The translations under genes were made by a program, and so were the position numbers. From the NCBI GenBank assembly GCA_965214835.1, contig CBDCCK010000002.1, forward strand, positions 1,216,001 through 1,280,000: a DNA stretch of 64,000 nt. Direction: 5' to 3'. The DNA comes from Nitrosopumilaceae archaeon (GTDB taxonomy: Archaea; Thermoproteota; Nitrososphaeria; Nitrososphaerales; Nitrosopumilaceae). Positions 39,357 to 50,186 of the stretch are shown piece after piece. The first letter of the stretch is position 1. The number at the start of each line of letters is the position of its first letter. The notes under the pieces are model-generated. The model was not told the origin of the DNA. It saw nothing but the letters and a program-made list of their open reading frames with translations, and did not search any database.

Positions 39357-39709
39357 TCCTGAGTGATGCCGCAGTCCGGACAGAACTTTGCCGTAGCTGA
39401 AATCCTTGCACCGCACTCTGAGCAGAACTTTCCATCCCCGTCCTGCTCTCGGTTCTGGTTGCCGTACATTCCAAGCACCGCGCCGGTCGGCTCGTACTTG
39501 TCGTCGTCGATGATCCGAACCGGCTCAAAGTCCTCCTCGGTCACAAAGGTCATCATTCTTGGCACCGATTTCTCCTTGTCCTCGGGATCCGGCACCGAGT
39601 CGCCCAGCCAGAACGCAAACCTAGTCAACGTCAGCTCCGGGGTTGAAAATGCCAGCGTGTGGGCGGACATGTAGTCCTGTGCTGCCTTTTTGCCGTCAAA
39701 TACCTTCAT
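39353..39709 (-). CDS. zinc-ribbon domain protein
   Basis: C-terminal FCSECG..AKFCPDCG. Confidence 0.8.
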   Translation of the reverse strand: MKVFDGKKAAQDYMSAHTLAFSTPELTLTRFAFWLGDSVPDPEDKEKSVPRMMTFVTEEDFEPVRIIDDDKYEPTGAVLGMYGNQNREQDGDGKFCSECGARISATAKFCPDCGITQD

Positions 39710-39759
39710 GATTCTGCTATTGTGAGTTTACGTATAATAGTTTCTAGGCGGATCGGGAG

Positions 39760-39810
39760 GTAAGAGTCTGCCCGCTAGGTGGCGCTGCAGGTCAGGGTCT
39801 TGGTTACCAT
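39760..39810 (-). repeat. half MITE family B truncated by MITE C
   Basis: gtaagagtct.ccc.ctagg.. matches 1973-2022. Confidence 0.6.
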
Positions 39811-39812
39811 CA

Positions 39813-39890
39813 GACTTTATGCGTAATCGGCTCAGATCTGGGATTATTACGAACAAATTCATCCCATTTAGGTCGATTACGCATAAGGTC
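39813..39890. mobile_element. MITE family C
   Basis: 78 bp, near-identical to 18819-18896 and 54537-54614. Confidence 0.85.
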
Positions 39891-40163
39891 TAATACAGAA
39901 TCTTGAGGAATGGTTTTTGCCGAACTTTTTTGCAATCCTAAATTGGTGATTCTTTCTCTTGAGTTAGAAATTTTAGTAATTTGGTCTTTTGGAATTTCTG
40001 TTGGAGTCAACCACACTATATCTCCACCAAAATATTCGGGATTTTTTCTTGAGGGAGTTCCACCCCCGATTAATCCACATAAATTTTCTAATTTTGTTTT
40101 AACCCATCCTTTTGGGAGATTCCTTGTATCAAATTCTGTGTTCTTCTGATGATGACTGCTCAT
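39891..40163 (-). pseudogene. hsdS: type I restriction-modification specificity subunit, N-terminal fragment
   Basis: LPKGWVKTKL..GGGTPSRKNPEYFGGDIVWLTP..ITNLGLQKSSAK..P; cut by MITE C; AT-rich. Confidence 0.85.
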
Positions 40164-40363
40164 TGTTTTTCTGGAGATTGGCTCTTGTTCCATATCTGAA
40201 TCTGCCCGCCATAGATCCCCTCATCGTACACTATCGGCGGAACCTGTGCATAGAATCCGCTTCTGCCGGAACTAAACGTCTTTGGAGCCAGCGGCACCTC
40301 GTACTCCTTGCCATCAGGCATCTTTATTGTGGCAAATGCCATTTTTGGTTTTTCTTCAGACAT
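40160..40363 (-). CDS. small hypothetical protein
   Basis: Compact ORF (PKTFSSGRSGFYAQ) upstream of hsdS. Confidence 0.55.
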   Translation of the reverse strand: MSEEKPKMAFATIKMPDGKEYEVPLAPKTFSSGRSGFYAQVPPIVYDEGIYGGQIQIWNKSQSPEKQ

Positions 40364-40458
40364 GCCTATACCATCACGCTTGTGCAAATAACTCTTACCA
40401 ACCTGCTGTTTTCGAAGGCGACAGGCAAGCAGGCAAAGCCGCCATTTCAGAAAAAATC

Positions 40459-40573
40459 GGCAACTGATCGGGTTCTACTGGAGACGGTTTGCGATTTCAG
40501 GCATAAATTCTGTTTTGATCGGCATTCATTAGTAAGAAAACCCATGCCTGAACTTCGAGTACGGTCTGTTGCC
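40459..40573 (+). mobile_element. MITE family G (diverged)
   Basis: ggcaac..gcgatttcaggca..catgcctgaacttc..ctgttgcc. Confidence 0.55.
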
Positions 40574-40613
40574 ATAGCCGGTCACTAGGGGACATTCCTT
40601 TCAGACCACGTGT

Positions 40614-41027
40614 TTGTTTTTAAGAAAACAGTCCATTGTAGACGGAATGAAAGACGGGGCAGCCATGCTAAGAAAGTCGCTCAGAAAAGAGATGGACAGG
40701 CTCAAGAGGGCAAGCGGGGCAAACGCGGACCTCGAGGTCCTGTGGATTCCAAGGGCCGACTCTGCAAAGGAGGGCGAGGTCATAGGGAGCAAGATCTACA
40801 TCTACTCCACGGGCCCTGCAGAGGCCCCGGAGACCCTGCGGCGCGAGTCCCTTGACGCGATGGTGTGCAGTGCCACGGCTCCGTACCTTGAGCTGATCAA
40901 CACACTGCCCTCCGTGATATCCGAGGAGGCATACCGGAAAAAGGAGGGAATGGTTGAGTCACTGGCCGGAATGGTCGGGCGCCGCCCCTGCCGGGCCCCT
41001 TCTGAGAAGGACCTTGCCCCTGCTTAG
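40614..41027 (+). CDS. hypothetical protein of the integrative element
   Basis: ORF convergent on the integrase pseudogene; KEGEV..IYIYS..A.ETL.RE resembles a decayed zincin-like motif. Confidence 0.45.
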   Translation: MFLRKQSIVDGMKDGAAMLRKSLRKEMDRLKRASGANADLEVLWIPRADSAKEGEVIGSKIYIYSTGPAEAPETLRRESLDAMVCSATAPYLELINTLPSVISEEAYRKKEGMVESLAGMVGRRPCRAPSEKDLAPA

Positions 41028-43200
41028 CTCCCTTGCGACCTTCCACCAGTCCTCAATGCATGCCACGAGATCCTCCTCGCCGTCGACCAGCCTGCTCTCG
41101 TATGGTTTTTTGCCGCCTGCCTGCAGCCGCACCATCCGGCCGTCCCCCATGATTACCTTTTGAATGGCCTCCCTGATGGCGCTGATCTCGTCGTCTTCGG
41201 CACCTGCCTGCCCGGTCTTTTTGCCCTGCGGCACCCTCTGTCTTTCTATCCTTATCTTCACGGGGTCTATCCCGTACAGCCGCGCCTGCCCCCTCCACAT
41301 CTCAAGCAGCATCTCCTTTCTGTCCATTGATCCCGCCTTCTCCTCCGCGCCGGGGACAAGGAACGCCAGGCTGCGCCCGTAGGCATCCCTCATGTCCGAT
41401 ACGAGCTCGTCGGCAAGCCTGTGCTTGTTGGTCGTATACTTTGCCTCGATGTCTCCCTTGTGGCCCATGAAGAACTGGCGGTACGCGTGAGTCATCGCGC
41501 CCTTGCTTTCTGCAAGTAATAGCTGCGTGTCAAAGTACGCCCGCAGGACGTAGGGCCGCTCCTTGATAATTATGCCAAAGGCGTTCCTGATTCCGGCCGT
41601 GATGGTCACGATCCTCAGGTGGCGCGTGTCGCCTCCTGACTTTGTCCTGTACCCCTTTACGAACGTGATCACGGGCGAGTCGGGCCCCACCTTCTCGCCG
41701 CCCGCGATCCTCTCCCTGAGGTATCCCTGCAGGTACCTGCACCCTGCCTCGGGCAGGAACGTAAAGTACTGGTGTCCGGCCTTGCTCAGCGCCGGCCTTA
41801 CCGTTATCCTCCAGCAGGCATCCGGGCAAATGAGATATTCTCGCCGTCCACCTCCAGATCCGGGATGTCCCTTATGCGGAGGCCGTCCTCGCCATGATGG
41901 TTGCCAAGCACCTGCGGCCGCACTCCGGCAAAGGCCATCATGGATATGGATACGCGCTCCCTTGCAGGCGCCGAGTCAAGCACGTCCTGGATTTTCTCGC
42001 GGGTCGGAATCTCCTCGTCTTCCAGCGTCACGGGAATGTCGGCGTTCTTGATCTTTATCCTCCGGACAAGCTTGATGCCTCCTTTCTTGGCTCCTTGTCT
42101 GTGGGGCGCTGTATGTCGATGTGCGTGCCGTCTACAATCACGGTCAGATCCGGGACGATCTTCTTGACTTCCTTGATCGTGCGGGCGTTTCGTATCTTTC
42201 GCGATAGTTGAATGCAAGCCAGGTCGCGGCGCAGTATCTTGAGAAATAATGTCGCAATACCGACCTGCATACGGTGCTCTGTCTATGCCGAAGGCGCATA
42301 CGGGTTTCCGTACTTGCATCAGCGACATCAGCAGGGCGTGGCGGTAGGCTTGCACCGGTTTCCGGGCAACGTCTTCTGAGAACAGGGGGCCTTCTGTGTG
42401 CTTTTTGGCATCACCGGTCATGTCAAACTGGCGGAGGTTCATCGACGTGGTGGGCTGCAGGGACCCGCCACCGATTATGTCACGTCGAGCCTGTGCATGA
42501 GGGCGGCGTTGTCCGCGGAGGCCTGTCGCAGAGTCCTGCTGTTCCAGCTGTGATCCCGCTCCTGCCTCCTGCCGTCCTGCCTGCTCTTCTTCTCGTACTC
42601 TCTGATCTCCTTCCAGTACATCCTCTCCGTCCTGTCCCGCGCCTTCTCCTTCCTGTCCTGCCTGCTCGTGCCTCTTGATCCTCTTCTCATACTTCTTGAT
42701 CTTCTCCCGCGCCTTCTCCTTCCAGTCCTGTACCTTCTCCTTCTCGTACTGCTCGATTCTCTTCTTCGGCGTATCTGTCGGTCTCGGCTTTGCCATTACT
42801 CGCGAGAATGCGGATCTCAATCGTCTGAAAATAGCGTGTTTTGATCAAATATTTTCGTTGTAAGGTACAGTCGCGCGTGCGCCGGCCCATGCCTCATTTG
42901 TAGCCCTTCGCCGCTAATTTCGTTTACGCATAAGGTTGCAAGCCAGGAGCGCAGCGCCTTGAGAATGTCCTCATGAGCACTTTTTGCCCTCAAGAGGCGA
43001 TACGTAATCCATGCATGTCCTCCACTTTCCTTACGTCGTCGACTCCGGCCCCAGAGCCTTGGGTGTGGTGTTTGTCCTCTCACAGTCAGCCTGCGGCCTT
43101 ACCTCGGCTGTCACGCTGCCTCTGCGATGTTGTCGATCTCTCGTTGGGATCCTCAAGCAACTTTCTGTGACGTCCCCACGCCTTTTTCACGGATCACTCA
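40959..43200 (-). pseudogene. tyrosine integrase 2, fragmented and IS-interrupted
   Basis: N-terminus at 42940-43200 (EDILKALRSWL); GVRPQVLGN..DGL; RPYVLRAYFDT..FMGHKGDIEAKY. Confidence 0.85.
42075..42937 (-). mobile_element. truncated, deletion-riddled copy of the ISL2/Harbinger-like IS
   Basis: Left TIR ccttatgcgtaaacgaaattag and 5' half of the transposase match 52745-53760. Confidence 0.85.
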
Positions 43201-43263
43201 TGATCTCTCCATTTTGCAACGGATTTTTTCGGTTTAAGGGGGGATTTCATCGCTTGAGATGGA

Positions 43264-43275
43264 TGGACCGGAAGG
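43264..43275 (-). repeat. att-like copy of the tRNA-Ala 3' end
   Basis: tggaccggaagg is identical to 56465-56476, same orientation. Confidence 0.55.
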
Positions 43276-43445
43276 TGTCGGAGCCCGCAGCGGGTTCGGA
43301 CCCCCGATCACGCAAACGGTAGAAAGCGATTGGAACGCTTACAGTATTCCTACCTCATTTTTTGTTTTTAAAAATTACAGAAGATGAAAATGAATTATTT
43401 TTTAACCGATTGATTTAATAGCGTTTCAACCGACAACTACTCAAC

Positions 43446-44600
43446 TTGGGCATCTATGCAGAATATCTTACAAGGCTCAAAAATTTTGAGGAGGTTACCG
43501 AGGAACGAAAGAAGGTGCTCTCGAAGATTTCCGAGCTTAGGGACGGCAGGGACGTCTTGGTGTTCGCCTCAGACCTTTCCAAAGGCAGGGCACCGATAGG
43601 AATCGAGTACACAGACCTTCTTGCAGTTCAGGACCAACTGGAGAACCTGTCAGGGCAGGCAATCGACATAGTGCTGGAGACTCCGGGCGGCCTGGGCGAA
43701 GTAGTGGAGGACATTGTAAGTCTGGTTCGCGGAAGGTACGAAAAAGTCGGAATGATAGTTCCGGGATACGCAAAGAGTGCGGGAACGATCCTTGTGATGG
43801 CAGGAGACGAGATTCTAATGGGCAAGGGATCTGCCCTTGGCCCGATAGACGGACAGCTGCAGCTGGCAAACGGCAAGCGCTTCTCTGCGGACGCGTTCTT
43901 GGAGGGACTCGAGAAAATAAAGGGCGAGGTGGAGGAGACAAAGAAGCTAAACCCCGCATACATCCCGATTCTGCAAAACATATCGCCGGGAGAGATTCAA
44001 AACTGCAAGAACATTCAGGACTTTTCCAAGCACCTGGTTACGGAGTGGCTTGCCAAGTACAAGTTCAAGTACTGGGACAGGCACTCTGACGGGCGCGGCG
44101 TTACAGAAGAAGAGAGATGCAGCAGGGCCAAAAAAATTGCGACAGACCTTTGCTCACAGTCAAGGTGGCTCACACACGGACGCTCTATCAAGATAGACGA
44201 CCTGGAGAAGCTCAAGGTAAAAATCACAGATTACAGCAAGAATGAAGAGCTGAACGAGGCTGTAACTCGCTACTACATCCTGCTGAGAATGAGCTTTGAG
44301 AGCTCTGCGATATACAAGATCTTCGAGACGGCCGACTCGCAGATATACCGCTCTGTGGCTCCTGTGCGGCCTGCCCCACAAAACCAAAAGAGCCTCATCA
44401 TAGACGGTTCGTGCACAAAGTGCAAGCATAAACTTAAAGTTCAGATCAACCTAGAAAAGAACATGCCATTGGAAGAAGGTGCGATAGCATATCCGGTCTC
44501 GACGGATTCCATCGACTGTCCCGAATGCGGCGAAAAAACAAACCTGCTGCCGTTCAGGCAACAGATCGAATCGCAGACTGGAAAAAAGGTGGTTGAATAA
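43446..44600 (+). CDS. ClpP/SppA-fold serine protease (SDH_sah type) with C-terminal zinc ribbon
   Basis: LETPGG, AKSAGT, SALGPIDGQ, WLTHGRSI; CTKC..CPECG. Confidence 0.85.
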   Translation: MGIYAEYLTRLKNFEEVTEERKKVLSKISELRDGRDVLVFASDLSKGRAPIGIEYTDLLAVQDQLENLSGQAIDIVLETPGGLGEVVEDIVSLVRGRYEKVGMIVPGYAKSAGTILVMAGDEILMGKGSALGPIDGQLQLANGKRFSADAFLEGLEKIKGEVEETKKLNPAYIPILQNISPGEIQNCKNIQDFSKHLVTEWLAKYKFKYWDRHSDGRGVTEEERCSRAKKIATDLCSQSRWLTHGRSIKIDDLEKLKVKITDYSKNEELNEAVTRYYILLRMSFESSAIYKIFETADSQIYRSVAPVRPAPQNQKSLIIDGSCTKCKHKLKVQINLEKNMPLEEGAIAYPVSTDSIDCPECGEKTNLLPFRQQIESQTGKKVVE

Positions 44601-44784
44601 AATGGCCAGAGACGGATTTAAAATAATCTTTGAGCACATGGACAAGGAAATGAAAGGACAGGCGGAGCTGCAAGCAGATGCGATCAGATGCGCGCTAGAG
44701 CAAAGCGACGAGATAAAAAAATTGATTGAGATTATCAACGACGCGATCCCGGCTGACGAACCCCTCCTCTATTCCAGCTCATAG
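44593..44784 (+). CDS. small acidic helical protein overlapping the protease stop
   Basis: 63-aa ORF overlapping the upstream gene. Confidence 0.5.
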   Translation: MNKMARDGFKIIFEHMDKEMKGQAELQADAIRCALEQSDEIKKLIEIINDAIPADEPLLYSSS

Positions 44785-45095
44785 GTTTCAATTTTTGGTT
44801 TGAGGTCTTGTCGGGTCGTACTTTGTGTTCATGGTCGATACAATATTCATCTGGAATGTGCTTGCCAGCTGTATCCATGATGCATGCAACGCATCTCCTC
44901 TTTCCAATGTACATTAGACCTTATGCGTAAACGAAATTAGCGGCGTTGCCCCCGGCACCCGGGCTACAAAGGGCGGGTGCAACAGGAGCCGGCGCACGCG
45001 TGATGACACCTCACCATGTTGAAAATATTTGATCAAACTTACAATTGTTTTCAGCCGGTTGATTTAGATCCGGGATCCATTCCCTCACAAGAGTA

Positions 45096-46443
45096 ATGGC
45101 AAAGTCCGAGACCGAGCAGATACGACTGCTTAAGAAGAGAATCGAGCAGTACGAGAAGGAGAAGGTGCAGGACAGGAAGGAGAAGGCCAGGGACAAAAAG
45201 AAGATCAAGGAGTACGAGAAGAGGATCAAGAGGCAGGAGAAGAGGATCAGGAAGGACAGGAAGGAGAAGGCACGGGGCAGGAAGGAGAGGATGCAGTACA
45301 GGAAGAAGATCAGAGAGTACGAGAAGAAGAGCAGGCAGGACGGCAGGAGGCACGAGAAGGATCAGGATAGGATAGAACAGATGGAGCAGCGGCTGGACGC
45401 TGAGCGCCAGATGTGGCCCGCAACCTGGGATGACGACAGGCGCTCCGCGGACAACGCCGCGTTCATGCACAGGCTCGAGGTGCTCGATGACATAATAGAC
45501 GGCGGATCCCTGCAGCCCACCACGTCGATGAACCGCCGCCAGTTTGACTTTATATCCGACCGGTTTACGAAGCTTGCCAAAAAGCACACAGAAGGCCCCC
45601 TGTTCTCAGAAGACGAGGACAACTTGCCCGGAAACCGGTGCAAGCTGTCCTACCGCCACGCCCTGCTGATGTCGCTGATGCGCAAGTACGGAAACCCGAC
45701 ACAGGAGCAGCTTGCGGTATTCTTTGGCATAGACCAGAGTACGGTATGCAGGTACCTCAGGTATTGCGACATGATATTCACCAAGATGCTGCCCACGCCG
45801 GACGCCGTATCGCGAAAGATACGAAACGCCCGCACGATCAAGGAAGTCAAGAAGATCGTCCCGGATCTGACCGTGATTGTAGACGGCACGCACATCGACA
45901 TACAGCGCCCCACAGACAAGGAGCCAAGAAAGGAAGCATACTCGGGCAAGAAGAAGAGCTTTACGCGCAATGTCCAGGTGCTGGCCAGCAAGAGTGGGCT
46001 GACGTTGTATGCAAGCGAGTCGGCGCCGGGAAGCGCGCACGACCTCACCATGATAAGGGACAACCCACCGGATCTGGGAATCCTGACTGCCAGGATGCGC
46101 AGCAACAGAAAGCACCCCGAGGACGAGAAGGTAAAGATGTTCTCGGATCTGGGATACGTGGGAATCAAGGAACTGTATCCCGGGGCCATATCCATGCAGC
46201 CCCACAAGAAGCCAAGAGGGGGCAAACTTACAAGAAAACAGCAAGCGCACAACAGGAGGATAAGCAGCGAGAGGGTGACGGAGTAGAGCACGCCATAAGG
46301 GGCATCAAGTGGTACAAGCGGATGCGTGATCCGTACGATGGGACGGCCGAGGAGTTGACCGGGAGTTCCAGGTGACAGCCGGGCTTGCCAACTTTAGGTT
46401 GCTGTGGGACAAGCCGAACAAGAAGCTCATGCATGGGTTCTGA
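45096..46443 (+). pseudogene. DDE_Tnp_4-type transposase, frameshifted near 46280
   Basis: Nearly identical to 52921-54267 until RVTE*; the remainder is out of frame. Confidence 0.85.
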
Positions 46444-47810
46444 TATCACGATACGGAGCGCATTGCGGCGCCACACGATGCCGCACTATACCACGGTTTT
46501 TACCAGCCAGACGGGCCTGCAGCTGCACGGTACGCGGACTCTGCCACCTTCATACGCGTCATCTGATGCTATTTACAGTAGTTGAAAATGTACCCCATAA
46601 ATCCGTCTAGCCGGGATCATGCCGCCGTCGCCCCACCCCGATCCTGTCGGCATCCGGCGCACGGAGGCAGCACGAATACAGAACCACGGCATACATCAGA
46701 GTCAGCAGCGCCATGACGCGGGTCTTTGGGTCTCCCGAGTGCCCTCATTGTCAGCCATATGTTGCATACTGCAAGCGACATGTAAAACAACAAGCACACG
46801 CAGGACAGGATTCCTGCTGGTGGTCCGCGGCCATGACGCTCTTGGCACAGCGGTATCCGGTCTCTATGCCCCACCTGTTCCGGTACTCTCTTGTCACATG
46901 GCAGAACAGCTGCCGATAGCTGCAGCAGCGCACCGTGGTCGCAAACACGTGGTATCTGTCAAAGACGTTCTTTGCCTTGGACTTGAGATCTTCTTGATGA
47001 CCGGAGCGTGCAAGCAGATGCGACTCAGATGCGCGTCTAGAGCAAAGCGACGATGATAAAAAAATTGATACTGAGATTATCAACTTGACGCGATCCCGGC
47101 TGCACGATGGCCCTCCTCTATTCCAGCTCATAGCGTCTTCAATTTTTGGTTTGATGAATGCAAACCCGGGTTCGTACTATTGCATCCATTACATGGTCGA
47201 TACAAGAACCCCCTGTCAATCTGGATGATGCTGCGCCTTGACCCGAGCCTGGGCGTAATGCCCATGATCGGCGCATTTTTTGAGCATATTACGCATCAGA
47301 TCGGCTCTGTTCCAATGTACATCTAGACCCCGTATATGCGTAAACGACTTTTAGCGGCGTTGCCCCCGGCAGTTCGGGCTATCAAAGGGCGGGTGCAACA
47401 GGAGCCTTTGGCGCACGCGTACGATGAACTCCATCGGAGTGAGATATCCAAGCGAGGAGTGTATTCTATCATTGTTTTCAGTCCCGGCCTGATTTATGAC
47501 GTCCGAGGCGTCCATTCCCTCAGCCAAGAGTAATGGGGCCACAGGTAGTCCCTCTTGATGCTTCCGAGCAGATACGACTGCTTAAGTGGCCGTTTTGTTC
47601 TGAGCAGTACTGTATGCTAGGAGAAGGTGCAGGATTCCCAGCTGTTTTAGGAGAAGGCCAGGGACAAAAAGAAGATGGAGTACTGAGAACCGTTGTCTGA
47701 TCGCAGAGGTCAGCATGCTGAAGTCCGGATCTGCAGGATACCGGATCGAGGAAGGCCTGAATCGCATTCTCCTTTTGCGCCGTGGTATCAGGAAGGAGTA
47801 TGGATGCCAT

Positions 47811-48248
47811 CTACAGCGAAGAAGGCATCAGAGAGTACGTTGAAGACAGTAGCAGGCAGCCGTCCCGGCAGGAGTCCACGTATGTAATGTCTGCCTGCCA
47901 CAGCCGGTTGGGGGCATCTGGCCTTGTAAGCTTGCGCGAGGCCCGTATTATGTCGTTTTTGGTCTTTTTGGGCTCGATCCAGCCTATCTGGCGGTAGATT
48001 CGCTGTATCTTTTTGCGGTTTACGCGCACGCCAGTCTCGCGCAATATCTGGTTTGCCATCCTCCGGGTTCCATACGTCGGCCTTTTCTTGCCTATGGTAC
48101 GTATGATTGAGACCGTCCCAGAGTCGGCTTTTCTGGTCCGTCTGTCGACGTCCTTCCTGGCGTAATACCAGGTGCCCTTTGAGACGCCGCAGTATTTCAG
48201 GGCCGTGTTGAGGCCCATCTTCTGGTGGCAGATCTGTACGGCATTCAT
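47811..48248 (-). pseudogene. IS3-like transposase OrfB, 5' part
   Basis: YGTRRM..VNRKKIQRIY..PNRLWQADITY; tail RIHSSLGYLTPMEF at ~47430-47480. Confidence 0.8.
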
Positions 48249-48532
48249 CCTTTGCTCAGCTCCATTGTTTTTTTTAAAGCGTCACAGGCCACTGCATACT
48301 CGCCTATGATGCGTTTGAGATTCTGGTTCTCCTTTTGCAGGGCAGCCGCTACCTTGTCATTCCGGCCCAGGATGGATGCCTTGCCGCCCTCGACGAACCT
48401 GTCCATCCACCTGCCAAACGTGGTGGGCGCGATGTTGTGCTTGCGGCACAGCTCGGCAGTGCTGATGCTGGTCTTGATGGACTCCATCACTATGTCTGTC
48501 TTTTCGGCCAATGTGAACTTTTGTTTTTTCAT
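48245..48532 (-). CDS. IS3-like transposase OrfA (HTH)
   Basis: FTLAEK..IV..AELCRKHNI..TF.RW..F..GG..LQKENQNLK. Confidence 0.85.
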   Translation of the reverse strand: MKKQKFTLAEKTDIVMESIKTSISTAELCRKHNIAPTTFGRWMDRFVEGGKASILGRNDKVAAALQKENQNLKRIIGEYAVACDALKKTMELSKG

Positions 48533-49601
48533 GCCCCGTATGCCCTCCTGTCATATACAAATTCTACGCATTTGGGTGGTTCGAATTTTATGGGGTCCTC
48601 ACCATTGTCGCCCTCGGTCACCATGCGGCAGGCCGTATGCACGTCGGCGCCGGCCTTGGATGTCAGCTTGCATGTCATGTACTGCTCATAGTTGATGGTG
48701 CCCCTGTCGCGCTTTGACTTTACCAGGTGCTTTATGTCGGTTTTCTTGTCGTATCTGGGCAGCTTGGTCTCGTCTATGGCAAGGACAGGCGCCTTGTGGC
48801 TCCTTTGGAGGGAGCAAAGCTGCCTGCCCACCGCCTCGGCGGCCGTGTAATGCAGCATTGCATCGCACCTTTTCTCCATCGTGGACAGTCTTGCGTGCCC
48901 CAGCTTTGCAAGAAGCCAGGCCGAGCTGGGCACCGCGGCCCCGGCGCCTTCTGATGCAAGAAGTGCAAGCTTTTGGGCGGTATAGTGCGCACATGCGGAA
49001 CGCTCCGACATGGATGCAATCAGGCGGGAGGCGTCTTCCAAGCCCCACATGGCGTTGTGTCTTGAGGAGAACTTGATTTTCAGCATGCCTACTGCGGTAA
49101 CCAAGAATTTAAATCCGGCCTCACCGTACCTTGTGTGGTGTTTCTGTTGGGTTTGGTTCATTATCAAGGTAGACAGGAACACCGCTGTTTATAGCTCGAT
49201 TGGTGAAAAAATCATGTCAACTTGTTCAAAACATTCAGACACTTAAAAAGGGGGTACATTTTCAACTACTGATTTACTTTGCATGCACGGTAGACTTTCA
49301 ATCGGAATGTTTCGATCCGGTAGATTACGCATAAGGTCTAATCACTCCAGACAAAACGAAGAAATTTGTGTTGTCATTGTAGCTCACAGAGCCAGATTCG
49401 TCTACATACATAATCGGCATATGGTTATTGTCTTTGCACCCCTGTTATTAATGCCCAGATGCATACGGATCTGCAGACAGCCTAATCCGGATTGTGTCAA
49501 ACCTAGAGCCGTCTTATGGGGAACTTTTGGGAAGGCTGGCAACAGACTATTCAATCCGGATTGAAGATTTTCTTATTATGATGCAGTGTGCAGATGAGGC
49601 A

Positions 49602-50186
49602 ATGATTTTGAATACGAAGCAAAAACTGCTGGTTTTGGGAATGGCGGCAGCCTGCCTGTCCGTCCCCGGCTCTGCACATGCGAATCACGGTGTGGGCGCG
49701 GGATCCTGGAACCACGACGATGTGGGATATGCGTGTCTCAGCTCTGTCAATCTCATGCCTGTCGAATCCAGCACTGATCCGTGCGATGACTTTGCAACAG
49801 CCGTGGATGTCTGGAACTCCATACCATCATCAAGTTTGGAGTTTGACGAGGTTTTGTCGAGCACGGCAAACATGACTGTTGGTGCATCCAGCCTGTATTC
49901 CGGGACATGGGCCGTCAACCAAGTCGTGATACAGGGGGGAACCACCATAGTGGATTCTGACATCCGGTTCAACTACAATGTGCATTGGGGTGACCGCGCC
50001 GGTGCAGATTGGTGGAAGTTCTGGGTCAAGGACTACCTGTCCACTGCAATCCATGAAACGGGCCACGCGATCAGGTTGGTACATGATCCGAACTCGGAGC
50101 TGATGCGCGGCAGTCACGGCATCGGCGAGATATACCGGACCCCGTCAGAACACGACGTAAGTACTGTGGAGGGGAAATATCCATGA
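49602..50186 (+). CDS. secreted matrixin-like (M10 metzincin) zinc protease
   Basis: Signal peptide; AVDVWN, DSDIRFN, HETGHAIRLVH, Met-turn ELM, final D helix. Confidence 0.85.
   Translation: MILNTKQKLLVLGMAAACLSVPGSAHANHGVGAGSWNHDDVGYACLSSVNLMPVESSTDPCDDFATAVDVWNSIPSSSLEFDEVLSSTANMTVGASSLYSGTWAVNQVVIQGGTTIVDSDIRFNYNVHWGDRAGADWWKFWVKDYLSTAIHETGHAIRLVHDPNSELMRGSHGIGEIYRTPSEHDVSTVEGKYP

Larger units (their letters stand above)
46576..49271 (-). mobile_element. ISH3-family IS, interrupted
   Basis: 21-bp perfect TIR cagtagttgaaaatgtacccc; 5-bp duplication attta; transposase pieces AIDET (48600-49182) and YRNRWGIETGYR (46750-46960). Confidence 0.85.
44917..49338 (+). mobile_element. ISL2/Harbinger-like (IS5 superfamily) IS carrying nested ISH3 and IS3-like elements
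   Basis: TIR gaccttatgcgtaa...ttacgcataaggtc with TA flanks. Confidence 0.85.

Noticed and set aside
39747-39760. ggcggatcgggagg as the outermost att site of the island
   Set aside because: Three mismatches in 14 nt to the tRNA end and overlaps a MITE terminus; position is suggestive but the match is too weak
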